From the NCBI GenBank assembly GCA_030390025.1, contig CM059432.1:34412001-34476000 (forward strand): 64,000 nucleotides of DNA, read 5' to 3'. The stretch comes from Squalus acanthias (taxonomy: Eukaryota). The notes beneath the pieces are model-generated. The model was not told where the DNA came from, did no database searches, and was given only the letters and a program-made list of their open reading frames with translations. Below, in pieces: positions 12,791 to 26,354 of this stretch. The number at the start of each line of letters is the position of its first letter. Positions within the stretch are counted from its first letter, which is position 1. Both the position numbers and the translations under genes were made by a program.

Positions 12791-13614
12791 AAAAGACACC
12801 TAAGGGGTGCAAAACGTAAAGGTTGGGGCCAGTGTTTTGCAAACTGCATTGTCAACATGGCATTATGCTGTGGGCTTGATGCATGTTTTAATACGGGCAT
12901 TCCATTCCTTTGAGTAGGCACTTTTCCTCAGTCCTGATAACATTCCCCTCATTTGATCCCATTCCCTGTGGATGTGGGAAGCTGCATTGACTTGTCTTGC
13001 CATTTCTGGCCGTGCTCGCTGCACATAAGATCAGGTGGGAGAGTTTCCCTCAGCGGCAAACATTGCCACTTGCCTGCACTGTACCTCCTCCACCATACCA
13101 TCCTGGCATTCTTTGCTAAATGAGGCAGTTCTACCAGTGGCTGAAGCCATCGTCAGCTTGCACCGAGGCACAGTGCTACAGAATCATAGGGGTGCTAACG
13201 GGGCGCTAATGAAGTAGCACCGGGTCGAGGCGAATCCAGCGCCCCTTAGCACCGCCGCTAACAGTTAGCGCCTGGGCTTCAGCGCCAGGCAGATCGTGAT
13301 GTCAGTGAGTGTACAATGCTCACTCAGTGCCCGATCTGCCAAATTGATTATCGCCCCCTGCCTTAGCGCCTCGTCCCGACAACGACAGGAAGAGGAGGTG
13401 TGAAGCAGGCGGATGGCAGCTCCAGGGGCGATATTTAAAGGGTTCAGTCGCAGCTGTCAGGTTAGTGCTGTTTCACTGCTTCCTTGTCCGTTTGCGATTG
13501 TGCAAGAGTTTAATTCAGTCATTTAAAGGTTCTTTAGTATCAGGAGTGTTGTGTACTAAAAATTTGTTACATTTATTCTGACAACATTTCAAAGTGCTAC
13601 ACATCGTTATATTA

Positions 13615-14798
13615 ATGGGGGCTGTACTGGCAGTCGACCTCGCCCTCCAGGATCTACTGCAGAGGGAGTGGAGGCAGCGAGAAAGATTGCAAGATGTGGT
13701 CAGAGGGAGAAGGAGGGCCATCAGGGCTCTCAACAGGAGGCCTTACCCTCTGAGGGTATTCCGAGAGCACTTCTCCTGCCTCCAATTAAGCGAGGAGCAG
13801 TGCATTAGAAGGCTCCACTTCAACAAGGATGTGGTCACCGAACTCTGCCACCTCCTGCAACCAGACCTCGAGCCTCAGATCAGGTCGACCACGGCGCTCT
13901 CAGTGGCAGTTAAGGTCACCGTTACCCTCATTTTCTTCGCCAGCGGTTCCTCTAGTCTGCAACAGGATATATAGTGAACATCTCGCAGTTCGCTGTCCAT
14001 CGCTGCATCCGGGAGGTCACAAAGGCTCTCTACAGTAGGAGAAGGGACTAAATTTCCTTCCCCATCACCAGAGGGAAGCAGGACGAACGTGCATGTGGCT
14101 TTGCCAGAATAATGGGCTTCCGCATGGTGCAGGGCACCATTGACTGCACCCATGTGGCTTTGCGGGCACCGCATAACAATCCTGAGGTCTTCCGTAACTG
14201 CAAAGGCTACCACTTACTTAATGTGCAGTTGGTGTGCGACCACAGACAGTGAACCCTCAATGTGCATGCCCGCTATCCTGGCAGCAGCCACGATGCCTTC
14301 ATCCTGCGCCAGACCGATGTGCCAGCACTCTTCCAGCCACTACATCAAGCTCACGGCTGGCTGGTCGGAGTCAAGGGCTATCCGCTCTCCACCTGGCTCA
14401 TGATTCCCCTCCGCAACCCCAGCACTCCTGCTCAGCACTCATATAATGAGAGCCATGCTGCCACCAGGAACATCATTGAGCAGACCATCGGGGTGATCAA
14501 GCAATGGTTCCGCTGCCTTGACCGCTCGGGAGGAGCCCTCAAGTACTCGGCTGAGTGGGTGTCCCATTTCGTGGTGGTCTGCTGCATGCTCCACAACTTG
14601 TCCATCATGAGGGCCCAGCCCTTGCCACCAGGGATTGCGGGACCACCTCAGGAGGAGGAAGAGGGAGAGGAGGACTAGGACGAGGAGGAAGAGGAAGACG
14701 AGGAGGAGGAGGAACAGGAGCGAGGGAGGAGGCAGTGTCTCAATCAGCCTTCTGGAAGGGCAGTCCGTGACCGCCTCATCAGACTGCGGTTCCAATAA
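13615..14798 (+). pseudogene. Harbinger DDE transposase (HARBI1-like), disrupted
   Basis: Motifs GTIDCTHV, N.KGYH..NVQLVCD, ARYPGSSHDAFIL, YNESHAATRNIIEQTIG..KQWFRCL, CCMLHNL. Has a frameshift near 13960, several stops, and GDKGY changed to GVKGY at the second catalytic Asp. Confidence 0.9.
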
Positions 14799-15013
14799 AT
14801 TAAACCCCAGATCCACGTTGCTCACCACATCCCCATCATTCCATTCCTGTCGCAGGCCATATCACAGCGCAAAGCTGAAATGAGAGACACCACAAAATCA
14901 TCCAAAGCCAATTAATAAATTTATCAATAATCAGTGAACACATATTTACAACAACAATATTAGCTATTCACCCTTGTGCAATCCCTTAGTGCCCCTCGTT
15001 ACTGTGCCTTTGC

Positions 15014-17742
15014 CTAATCCAGTGCTCCTACGAAGTGTTGGCCCAGTGGCTGCAGCACGGCTGGTGGAAGCTGCTGAGTGTCCGTGTGGGAGACTTCAGA
15101 TGGCCTTGCAGGACGCCCTCGACCAGCTCTGGGCCTGGAAGGCCCGGCTGTAGACTGCACCACGTCAGCATGGGCGGCAGCCGTCTGGGCTGGCTGGATG
15201 ACAGGCAGAGACAAGGGCAATGGCGGAGTGGCAGTGGTGGGATCAAGAATGCTGTCATCCTGAGAGAGGACAGCAGCTTCCTGCTCCACTGACCCACTGC
15301 CACTCCCCTGGGGCAGCACCTCAACATCCTTAGCAATCTGTTGGAGCACAGATTGTTGGCCTGCTGCGACACCGTGAAAGCCCCGGTGGACGGTGGTCGA
15401 CCCAGCCACGATGGCAGCAGTCAGAGCTTGCGTGGCATCAAGCTGAGACTGCATGAGAGCATTCTGAGAATTGATGGTACCAATCATAGACTGCATTATA
15501 GCACTAAGACATTGCGTGGCTTCTGCCTGTGCTGCAATGGAAGCTGTGACATTGATAAAACACGTGGCATGAGGTCTGTGTCGCCACAGTCTCTATGGGA
15601 GTCCACCATCCTCTGCACACTGCAAATGATGGGCTCCATGGTGTGCGCAGAGCTCTGTGCAATGTTGGAGGCAGACTCCTCCATGCTCCTTACCATTGCC
15701 GAGAGGTTCTCAGGCACCCTTGCCATTGCACCTATCATCTTCATGTGCATGCCCATCACCCTTCTTCTAAAGGCCTCTCCATCGAGGTCCTCATCTAAGT
15801 CCTGTGCAGCAGAACTCGCCTTCCGGGGAACTGGTTCCCGAGCTACCCTTTCCCCCGTCCTTGCTGCAACCCGCTTGTCCCTGGTGCATCACCCTGTGCA
15901 GATTCCGCTACTATACTAGCCTCTAAAGAACATGTAGTGCCAGTATCTGAGCTGGTGCCTGCGGGTGAGACATGCAGTGACGCGGTGTGTTCTTCCTCCT
16001 CCTCTTCTTCTGCCTCGCTCTCTATGGTGCCCTCAGGGACAGGCTTCTCAGCTGCTTGTTCAATATCTGAAGCATAAAGGCACAAGAGTCAGGTTAAGGT
16101 GAGGGGAGGGGGGCAGGAAGGGTGAAAGGCAAGCAACACTTGTGCAGAAGACTCAAAGAATCTGCAAAGGGATATAGACAGGCTAAGTGAGTGGGCAAAC
16201 ATTTGGCAGATGGCGTATAATGTGGGAAAGTGCGAGGTTATCCACTTTGGCAGGAAAAATAAAAAAGCAAATTATTATTTAAATGGAGAGAGATTACAAA
16301 ATGCTACAGTTCTGGAGGTCCTTGTGCATGAAACACAAAAAGTTAGCATGCAGGTGCAGCAAGTAATCAAAAAGGCAAATGGAATGTTGGCCTTTATTTC
16401 AAGGGGGTAGGAGTATAAAAGCAGGGAAGTCCTGCTACAACTGTACAGGGTATTGGTGAGACCGCACCTTGAGTACTGCGTACAGTTTTGGTCTCCTTAT
16501 TTAAGGAAGGATATACTTGCATTGGAGGCAGTTCAGAGACGATTCACTACGTTAATTCCAGAGATGAGGGGGTTGACTTATGAGGAAAGGTTAAGCAGGT
16601 TGGGCCTATACTCATTGGAATTTAGAAGAATGAGAGGTGATCTTATTGAAACATATAAGATACTGAGGGGACTCGAAAAGGTAGATGCAGAGAGGATGTT
16701 TCCCCTCATGGGGAAATCTAGAACTCGGGGGCATAGTTTCAGAATAAAGGGTCGCCCTTTTAGAACTGAGATGAGGAGGAATTTCTTCTCTCAGAGGGTC
16801 GTAAATCTGTGCAATTCTCTGCCCCAGAGAGCTGTGGAGGCTGGGTCATTAAATACATTTAAGGTGGAGATAGACAGATTTTTGCAGGATAAGGGAGTGA
16901 AGGGATATGGGGAGCGGGCGGGGAAGTGGATTTGAGCCCAAGATCAGCCATGATCTTATTGAATGGCGGAGCAGGCTTGAGGGGCCAAGTGACCTATTCC
17001 TGCTCCTATTTCTTATGTTCTTATACAGCATGATTAGCTGGAAATTGGGAAAGGCTTGTGTGTTGAGAATCAAGTGGGATGTGAGAAGGAGGGGTAGGGA
17101 TGAACATACCATTGTTGTCCCCAAGGGGGTCAATGTCGCCAGTGGCCACAGCGCCCACCACCTGGCGCCCAATGATTTGCAGCACTCTTTCCTCCAGCTC
17201 AGAAAGTGTTTGGGTGTCAGGTTGTTCCCCGCCTGTGCGCTCCTGCTCCCTCCTGTTGTGAGCCACCTTGGCCTGCAAGAGAAAGGAAAGTGTGTGAGTG
17301 AGTGTGGAGCAATGTGTTTGGGAGATGTGCCTGCCATAGTTGAATAGCTGTCATTGTGTGCAAGGTGTGAGATGTGGGTGTGAGTGTTGGTAGGTGGAGA
17401 TTATTGGTGGGTGAGTGCTGGGGGTGTGGTGCTTTGTGCACTGTGTGAAGATTGTGATACAGATGGTGGTATGTAGCATTTGTTGAAGCATTGACTCACC
17501 CTGACCACCCAAGTGAGGTCGTTAAATTTCTTCCTGCACCGTGTGTGGGTCCTGGGGACCACAGTGCTGCCCGAGACCTGCTGGGCTACCTCCCTCCACA
17601 TGGCACGGAAGACTTGCGGCGAGGGCCTCCTGCCACTTGCCGGGTAGAGCACCGCCCTCCGTCTCTCCACAGCGAAGACCAACGCCTCCAATGCTTGGTC
17701 GCAGAATCTGTGCGCTCTCTCCCTGGGCCGTTGAGCTGCCAT
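15014..17742 (-). pseudogene. Harbinger accessory Myb/SANT-like DNA-binding protein (NAIF1/MSANTD-type), three exons
   Basis: Exon 1 17742-17500 (MAAQRPRERAHRFCDQALEALV...WREVAQQVS...CRKKFNDL, donor GTGAGT). Exon 2 17272-17110 (AKVAHNRREQERTGG). Exon 3 starts at 16066 and is frameshifted. GT-AG sites are phase-compatible. Confidence 0.8.
16143..17023 (+). mobile_element. 5'-truncated CR1 inserted in intron 2 of the Harbinger Myb gene
   Basis: CR1 RT C-terminus (VRPHLEYCVQFWSPYLRKDIL...) and tatgttct tail. Confidence 0.9.
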
Positions 17743-19196
17743 AATGACACCTCCTTCAGTGGTCTGGTTCCTTCTCCTTGGCCTTCTGCTGCTGGCTGAG
17801 ACAGCTGCAGAACCAGCAATGCTGAGAATGAGGTTCTGCAGCATGATTTAATCTCCCCTTTAAGAACTGAAAAGAGCCTGTGGCAATGATGACTAGTGAT
17901 TAGATTGCACCTGAAATTGCTTAGCACTTTGAGTCTATCGCCACTGAGCTAGGCCGTTAGCGCTTGATTTAGTGCTCCCATCCTTTCTTTGAGCGATGAC
18001 ACTGAATTTAGCGTGCAGCATGATTCATTAGCGCCTGGCGCTAAATCTCAAACTTTTCAGAAGTTAGCGCCCATTCCTGGGCGATAATGAATTTCACCCC
18101 CATAGAATCTTACAGCACAGAAGGAGGCCATTTGGCCCATTGTGTCTGTGCTAAGTCATTGAACTAGCAATCCAATTTGTCCCATGCCCTCGCTCATTCC
18201 ACATAGCCCTGCAAGGTACAGGGATCCACAAAATTTGATGTCCTCTTCTTAAATGTAGCAACCCCTTAAGAGCGGCTGCACTTGTAATTCCCCACCCCAC
18301 AGCTGATCACCCATTCCATGCGCTTGTGAAAAACGCACACAGAGCACATGGAGATTGGGCACACAATTCGACCGTGCGAAATACAGCATGATCAGGAGAC
18401 CACCCAAACACTGTAGGTGTGCACAGTCTCACTTGGAGTGTCTCCTACTTTCCCCACCTCCAATCCTTCCAGTTGAAGGTGACATGATCTTTTTTTCCCC
18501 TCCACCTCAGTAATACTATCACTGTCCTCCCAACAAAACACCAATCCTGGCTTCTCTATATTTCCCCCCCCCCCGTCAACCCCGTACACTAAGGGCTGCT
18601 CTGGCTTCTCCCCACTATGCTCTTCAGATCTTCCTGGTGCTCCTGTTGAAGTGATTGACATCACTTAAGGATGGCCCTGTCCATTTTAAGTGAAAGTCAC
18701 TACAGCATTATGCCACCAGATCTATTCAAGCCACCAGTGGTGACATCTGCTACTTCAATCAAGGCCCAAGCAACCAATGGATTATCCTCCATTTCCAATC
18801 TCAGGAGTATCCACAAGTAGAAAACCAGGGGCAAATCTCAGAGGAGGGGCCTAGTCTGCATTGATTTTCGTCCACGAACATAGCACAGCTAAAACATTCA
18901 TGCCAGGTATTTCCTTGGGTGTTCTTCTAATCAGCCGACGCAACTCCAGTGGAAGAGCGAGGGAAACCCCGGATAAAACCGTGTAAACAGGGTTTCCACC
19001 CCAAAGTTACAGCAGCCAATCGGAAGACCCCCAAGGAAATCCCCAACGACACTTTCCACATCGAAGACGGAAGATTGGCATGTACGGTGATGTCCCCATG
19101 ATCGATTAGTCTGCTGGCACTTACTGTCTGAAACCTAAGAAGCTATGTACCCATCAAAGCCATTCCCTCTAAAGCTCTCTGGTCTAAACGCAAAGA

Positions 19197-19596
19197 GGGT
19201 AATTTTGATTTTGGGTGATCGTCTAAAATGGGCAATATGAATTTAGCCATCCGTTGTACATATCTTCGATTTTCATTTCTACTGAAGTTGATGGAAATGA
19301 AAATAAGGAGCGATGTATAATATGCGGCTGAAATAACATGCTGTCCCAGAGGGCTGTGCATGCTGAGTCTTTGAGTATATTCAAGGCTGAGATAGATAGA
19401 TTTTTGGACTCTGGGGAATCAAGGGATAGGGAGATCGGGCGGGAAAGTGGAGTTGAGGTCGATGATCAGCCATGATCTTATTGAATGGCAGAGCAGGCTC
19501 GAGGGGCTGTATGGCCTACTCCTGCTCTTATTTCTTATGTTCTTATGAATCTATATCGCCCATTTTACACTATCACCCAAAGCCACAATTACACCC
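19197..19596. mobile_element. Palindromic MITE carrying a CR1 3' fragment (about 19340-19547)
   Basis: About 40-bp imperfect TIRs gggtaattttgattttgggtgat..aaaatgggcaatat / atatcgcccatttt..atcacccaaa..aattacaccc. Confidence 0.6.
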
Positions 19597-19719
19597 AAGG
19601 AGTGGCTGAGGCCTGTGGAACTTCCAAGTCAGCGCCCTGAGAGACAAGAGAAGAAAAATGGGGTGAAAAAACTCATCTACTTTCTGAACTGATGTCAAAG
19701 ATGGAACTCGCATTTATAT

Positions 19720-20388
19720 TTTTTTTAATTTGTTCCTGGGATGTGGGCATCGCTGGCAAGGCCAGCATTTATTACCCATCCCTAATTGCCCTTGAGAAGG
19801 TGGTGGTGAGCCGCCTTCCTAAACTGCTGCAGTCCGTGTGGTGAAGGTACTCCTACAGTGCTGTTCCAGGATTTTGACCCAGCGACGATGAAGGAATGGC
19901 GATATACTTCTCAGTCAGGATGGTGTGTGACTTGGAGGGGAACTTGGAGGTGGTGGCATTCCCATGCGTCTGCTGCCTTTATCCTTCTAGGTGGTAGAGG
20001 TCGCGGGTTTGGGAGGTGCTGCCGAAGAAGCCTTGGCGTGTTACTGCAGTGCATCTTGTAGATGGTACACACTGCAGCCACGGTACGCCAGTGGTGGAGG
20101 GAGTGAATGTTTAAGGTGGTGGATGGGGTGCCAATCAAGCGGCTGCTTTGTCCTGGATGGTGTCGAGCTTCTTGAGTGTTGGTGGAGCTGCACTCATCCA
20201 GGCAAGTGGAAAGTATTCCATCACACTCCTTACTTGTGCCTTGTAGATGGTGGAAAGGCTTTGGGGAGTCAGGAGGTGAGACACTCGCCGCAGAATACCC
20301 AGCCTCTGACCTGCTCTTGTTGTCACAGTATTTACTTGGCTGGTCCAGTTAAGTTTCTGGTCAATGGTAACCCCCAGGATGTTGATGA
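19720..20388 (-). mobile_element. 3' fragment of a second LINE family ('family B', CR1/Jockey-group RT)
   Basis: RT C-terminus NILGVTIDQKLNWTS...IYKAQVRSVMEY...LDTIQDKAA. Its tail gggatgggcaataaatgctggccttgccagcga recurs at about 6950-7065 and 56838-57165. Confidence 0.8.
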
Positions 20389-22445
20389 AAGTTTTCACTG
20401 GATGGATGAATCCAAATGGCACCCTCTCCTCTGTATCTTGTACAGAGAACTAAAAAATATATTGTTGATGAGACAGTACGTGATCTAATTTTGGTGCGTA
20501 TTCATTTCCAGTCAGTGAATCTGTAATTGTCGGCCTGCTAATTAAAAGCTCCCACCAAACAGTGGTTGCTGATCTCACTGAGTGAGACCAGGGATGCTTT
20601 CAAACTGGTTCACGTCTCAACCTGTTGAAGGGGGTGGCATGTTGGTGCTCGTCAAAGTGAATGAGTCATTGTTGGAGAATGGAAGCTCTAATGTCAGCAT
20701 TGATAACCAGTCCCAGCTCAGGTTTTGAAGGGGGAAGATGGCTGGAGTGAGGGCGGGGATACTGACTACATTTTTGCCAAATTCTGGGGAACTGTTGATG
20801 ATTAACCAACCAGCCAACCCATTCCCCACCCACCAAGAAGGTTAGGGCCCAGGTTTCTAGCCCAGTTCCTTCTTTACTGCCACTAGCTCTGCCATCCTAA
20901 AGGAGTGGCAGTCAGACGGCATGCCAGGAAAAAGCAAAGGAGGGGTAGCTGCTCTCCAGCCAGCAGATCCAGGAAGATATTGTGCTCTGCTTACGGGCAA
21001 ATCAGTCCCGTTTACAAAGGGTCCAATAGCCCCTTCAATTCCTGCCACTGGGGCTGGATGGTAATTTATGGAAATGAATGGCGGCCAAACACCCCAATAC
21101 CCACCCACCTCCAACTCTATCAGATGCATCTATAGTGGCGCAGGAGCCTGCTGCTTTCATGTATATCAGAGTCCTGGTGGTCCTTCTCTTGTAGTCTTGG
21201 ACCTTCCTCGCTCTCTGTTTGCTGCTCTGTACTGCCTAATTTCCACCTTCAATGGAAAGAAAGGAAAGACTTGCTTTTATATAGCACCTTTCATAACCTC
21301 AGTATGTCCCAAAGCACTTTACAGCCAATTGAGCACTCTTGAAGTGTAGTCACTGTTGTAATGTAGGAAACGTGACAGTCATTTTGGGCACAGCAAGGTC
21401 CCACAAACAGCAATGAGATAGGAACATAGGAACAGGAGTAGGTCATTCAGCCCCTCGAGCCTGTTCCGCCATTCAATTAGATCATGGCTGATCTGTACTT
21501 CAACTCCATTTATCCGCCTTTGCTCCATATCCTTTAATACTCTTACCTAACAAAATCTATCTATCTCAGTTTTGAACTTTTCAATCGACCCAGCCTCAAC
21601 AGCTTTTTGAGGGAAAGAGTTTCAGATTTCCACTACCCTGTGTGAAGAAATGCTTTCTGACATCACCCTTGAATGGCCTAGCTCTAATTTTAAGGTTATG
21701 CCCTCTTGTCTGAACTCCTTCACAAGAAATAGTTTCTCTCTACCCAATCAAATTCTTTAATCATCTTAAACACCTCAATTAGATCACCCCTTAATCTTCT
21801 ATCTATATCACCTTTCACGACCTCAGGACATCCCAAAGTGGTTCACAGCCAATTAAGTACTTTTGAAGTATACTCACTGTTGTAATGTAGGGAAATGCAC
21901 AGTCAATATGCTCACAGCAAGGTCCCCCTAACAGCGATGAGATAAATAAGCAGATCATTTGTTTTTGTGGTGTTAGTTGAGGGATGAATCCAGCCCATTT
22001 TACGGGTTTACCCATGGCATAATACGACTTGCATCCTCTTGAGCCCCAGGAATTTCAGGGTCAAGCAGTTAAAGCAAATAGGTGTTGTTTAAATTTGAGA
22101 AGGGTTGGAAGTGGGGTAACCCAACAATCAGTGTTGGGCCTACTTTCGTTGTCACTATCTATACACGATTTGTACTGGGGTGTTGAACTCTGCTCACAAC
22201 AGAAAAGTAAAGGGTTTAGCAACCAATTAGGAGGACTGTAAAAAAACTTCAGGAAGACAGACAGGTTAACGGAATGGGAAGACGGATGGCAGATGCTATT
22301 TAATGTGGATAAGTCTGAGGTAAAACATTTTGGTAGAAGGACCAAGGAATGGGAATATACGCTCAATGAAAAGACACTGAAGGGTGTGGATGAACAAAAA
22401 GACTTAGGACTTCAAATACATAATTCCCTGAAAGTGTGAGTGCAG

Positions 22446-22608
22446 CAATGTTTCCGTTAAGCTGCGCGACCACGCAGCGATCTGGAGGTCCCGCGCAGGC
22501 CGCTTGCAGGCTTTTAAATGGCAAAAAACACCCGTGCGGAATAATTACAATGGGCCGCGCAGCCTGTTAAAGGGGCTGCGCACCCAAAAAAAATTAGCAG
22601 GAACCCTG
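22446..22608. mobile_element. hAT-type MITE inserted in a degenerate CR1 (about 22065-22980, +)
   Basis: Perfect 8-bp TSD gagtgcag (22438-45, 22609-16); imperfect TIR caatgtttccgttaa / ttagcaggaaccctg. Confidence 0.75.
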
Positions 22609-22984
22609 GAGTGCAGGTAGATAAAGCCATTAAAAAAATCAACAGCAGTTAAAGCACATAGGCATAGAGTGCAAGAGTAAAGCAGTAATAATAAATTTGG
22701 TTATGCTAATATTTGAAGCAGGGGAAGATGCAGGGTTATGAGAAGAGAGTGGGGCAGTGGGATTATTGTTTGATTGCTCTAATAAAGATCTGATGCAGAC
22801 ACAGTGGGCTAAATGGCCTCCTTCTGTGCTGTAAACTTCTAATTCTCATATTCGGTATGGTATTAATTCTTACTCAATATATATTAAGTCTTGGAGAGGA
22901 TGCAAGAGGACCTGCCAGAATGATACCAGGGATGAGGGACTTCACTTATGTGGAGAGACTAGAGAAGCTGGTATTGGCATGATA

Positions 22985-24709
22985 CATAGAAAATAGGTGC
23001 AGGAGTAGACCATTCGGTCCTTCGAGCCTGCACCGCCATTCAATGCGTTCATGGCTGAACATGCTACCTCAGTACCCCATTCCTGCTTTCTCGCCATACC
23101 CCTTGATCCCCTTAGTTGTGAGTGTTATATCTAACTCCCTTTTGAATATATTTAGCGAACTGGCCTCAACAACCTTCTGTGGAAGAGAATTCCATAGATT
23201 CACCACTCTCTGGGTGAAGAAGTTCCTCCTCAGCTCAGTCCTAAATGGCTTCCCCTTAATCCTTAGACTGTGACCCCTGGTTCTAGTTTTCCCTACCATT
23301 GGGAACATTCTGCCCGCATCTAATTTGTCTAAACCAGTCAGGATTTTAAATGTCTCTATAAGATCCCCCCTCATTCTTCTGAACTCCAGAGGATACAAGT
23401 TCAGTTGACCCAATCTTTCTTGATATGTCAGTCCGGCCATCCCAGGAATCAATCTAGTGAACCTTCGCTGCACTCCCTCAATAGCAAGAATGTCCTTCCT
23501 TAAGTTAGGAGACCAAAACTGCGCACAATACTCCAGGTGTGGCCTCACCAAGGCCCTGTACAACTGTAGCATCACCTCCCTACTCCTGTACTCAAATCCC
23601 CTTGCTATGAAGGCCATCATTCCGTTTGCTTTCTTGACTGCCTGCTGCACTTGCATTCCCACCTTCAGTGACTGATGTACCATGACGCCCAGGTCTCGTT
23701 GCACGTCCCCTTTCCCTAATCTGCCACCATTCAGGTAATAGTCCGCCTCTCTATTTTTACCACCAAAGTGGATAACCTCACATTTATCCACATTGTACTT
23801 CATCTGCCATACATTTGCCCATTCACCCAACCTGTCCAAGTCACTCTGTAGCCTCCTAGCATCCTCCTCATTGTTCACACTGCCTCCCAATTTAGTGTCA
23901 TCCGCAAATTTGGAGATATTACATTTAATCCCTTCGTCCAAATCATTAATATATAATGTAAACAGCTGGGGTCCCAGCACCGAACCCTGCGGTACCCCGC
24001 TGGTCACTGCCTGCCATTCTGAAAAGTACCCATTTACTCCTACTCTTTGTTTCCTGTGTGCCAACCAGTTCTCAATCCACGTCAACACATTACCCCCAAT
24101 CCCATGTGCTTTAACTTTGCTCACCAATCTCTTGTGTGGGACCTTGTCGAAGGCCTTCTGAAAGTCCAAATACACCACATCTACTGGTTCCCCCCTGTCC
24201 ACCCTATTGGAAACATCCTCAAAAAATTCCAGAAGATTTGTCAAGCATGATTTCCCTTTCACAAATCCATGCTGACTTGGACCTATCATGTCGCCACTTT
24301 CCAAATGGTCTGTTATGACATCTTTAATAATTGCTTCCATCATTTTACCCACGACCGATGTCAGGCTGACCGGTCTATAATTCCCTGCTTTCTCCCTCCC
24401 TCCTTTTTTAAAAAGAGGGGTTACATTGGCCACCCTCCACTCCATCGGAACTGATCCAGAGTCTAAGGAATGTTGGAAAATGATCGTCAATGCATCCACT
24501 ATTTCCAAGGCCACCTCCTTAAGTACTCTGGAATGCAGACCATCAGGCCCCGGGGATTTTTCAGCCTTCAGTCCCATCAATTTCCCCAATACCTTTTCCC
24601 GACTAATAAGGATTTCCCTCAGCTCCTCCCTCTTACCAGATCCTCTGACCCCTTTTATTTCCAGCAGGTTGTGTGTGTCCTCCACAGTAAACACCGAACC
24701 AAAATACAA
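22985..24709 (-). mobile_element. Young 5'-truncated CR1 LINE with an uninterrupted 546-aa reverse transcriptase frame (23069-24709)
   Basis: KSPGPDG, NYRPVSLTS, YLDFQKAFD, GVPQGSVLGP and FADD motifs with no stops; CR1 tail at about 22985. Confidence 0.95.
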
Positions 24710-26350
24710 TGATAATGGAGTTGTTGACTAATCATAGCAATCAATCTATCAGTCTACAACAGATCTAGACATGACACGAGGAAAATCCCAGTGGTGAAGA
24801 ACTTTGGGAACCATAGGTCCAAAGTTCCACCCAAGCATGTTACACTTACCACATGTCAAGTCTCAAATTACTCATATACTGTATAGCAAAATCTAATTTT
24901 ACTGAAATAAAGTTATCTAATATGCATTTGAGTTAATCAATACTAACTGCTTCCACCATTTTCCTAGATAGCCAGTTCCATAGCGTGATCACTCGCTCAC
25001 TGAAATATTTCCACAGATTAGTTTTGAATTTACCATTCCCCCCCCCCCCTCCCCCGACCCCCAACCAAAAGTGCAGGTCATGTCCTCTGGTCCTACTGTT
25101 CTGGACAAGGTAAAACAGGTTGTCATGGTCTATCTTATCTAGTCCCTTTTGAATCCTAAAAATAGTAATCATATCACCCTCAACCTTCTCTTTTGCAGTG
25201 AGTACATGCCTAATATATATAGGCCCGTATTTTCCGATTGGAGGCTTCCTGCGTGCGGAGGCCTCCGATCTGGAAAAAATCTATGGACTTACCTGAGGGC
25301 TCCCGAGGTCCGGACACTTCCGCTCCTGGGCCTCTCCAACTCAAAATGCGCAGGGCCCATGTATCCAAGGGGCGCATGCGGTTCGCAAGCGTCCCTGGGA
25401 TCACGTAGGCCATGGGGAGCCAATCAAAGAAGGGAATCTCCCTTCATACACTTGTCAGATAGACCTGTCAAATATATGAATGGAGATCACTCCAAAACAC
25501 TGTAAAACATTAAATAAATGTTTTAAAAATCACATTTTTAAAATGAGTTGAAATTACAATAAATTAAATATTTTAAACAAAAATTTAATTTTTTGAAAAA
25601 AATAATTAACGTTTTTCACGGGGCTAAAAATAAACTTACCTTTTTTTAAAGTATTTTTAAATGATAAATGAGTGAAATTTTTAAAAACTTTTTTCAACTC
25701 TTATGCTGGTAAAAGCAGGCCTTACGCCTGCTTTTACCAGGCGTAAGATTTCTAAGGGTTTTCTGCGGGCGGAGGTTCTCCAGAAGCGGAACTATCCGCC
25801 CGCAGAGGCCCTTCTCCAGGGCAAGCGTCCAATCTGTCAAGAGCATTCTTGACAGATCGGAAATGCCGGTTTTCAGTGCATGCGCTGTGCATGCCTGAAA
25901 CCGGCATTTCCGATGTCCCTACGTGTGTGTACACAGCGCGTACTCACCCGTAGGGATCGGAATATACGGCCCATTATTGCTCCTCAAAATCTAATCCCTC
26001 CATCCCCTCAATCATTCGGGTTGCTCTTTTTTGTATCCCTTTAATAGCTACAATACCTTTTTTGTCCTGTGGCGACCAGATCTGTACATTAAAGTGTGGT
26101 CACACCAATGATTTGTAAAGTGGCAGGACTACCCTAATATTTCGGCTCAATATTGACCTTTTAATATATCCCAAAAGTTGATTTGCTTACTCTGCCACCG
26201 AGCATTGTTGATAGCTTCACCTTATTGTCAATCGGGTCCACCAGATCGCTTTCATTTTCCATGCACATTATTTTCTTTCATTTATGTAATAGACCCTTCC
26301 TGGATTTTTTTGTCCCCGTGTGAAGCACTTTGCATTTCTCTACACTGAAT
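24710..26350 (-). mobile_element. Older CR1 3' fragment interrupted by a MITE
   Basis: SRTRGHDL, YFSERVITLWN and FSVEKCKVLH motifs. Confidence 0.75.
25222..25972. mobile_element. Harbinger-type MITE with an AT-rich core
   Basis: TIR ggcccgtattttccgat / atcggaatatacggccc. Related, in inverted orientation, to 34423-35166. Confidence 0.7.
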
Positions 26351-26354
26351 TTGT

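Larger units (their letters stand above)
13189..18101. mobile_element. Near-complete PIF/Harbinger transposon with two convergent genes
   Basis: Right TIR gaatttcaccccc; left end ggggtg (TIR partly deleted). 3-bp TSD ATA (13186-88, 18102-04) within a CR1 tail. Carries a HARBI1-like transposase (+) and a Myb/SANT gene (-). Confidence 0.85.

Noticed and set aside
13615..14798. Domesticated HARBI1 gene
   Set aside because: Has stops and a frameshift and lies within TIR/TSD boundaries.
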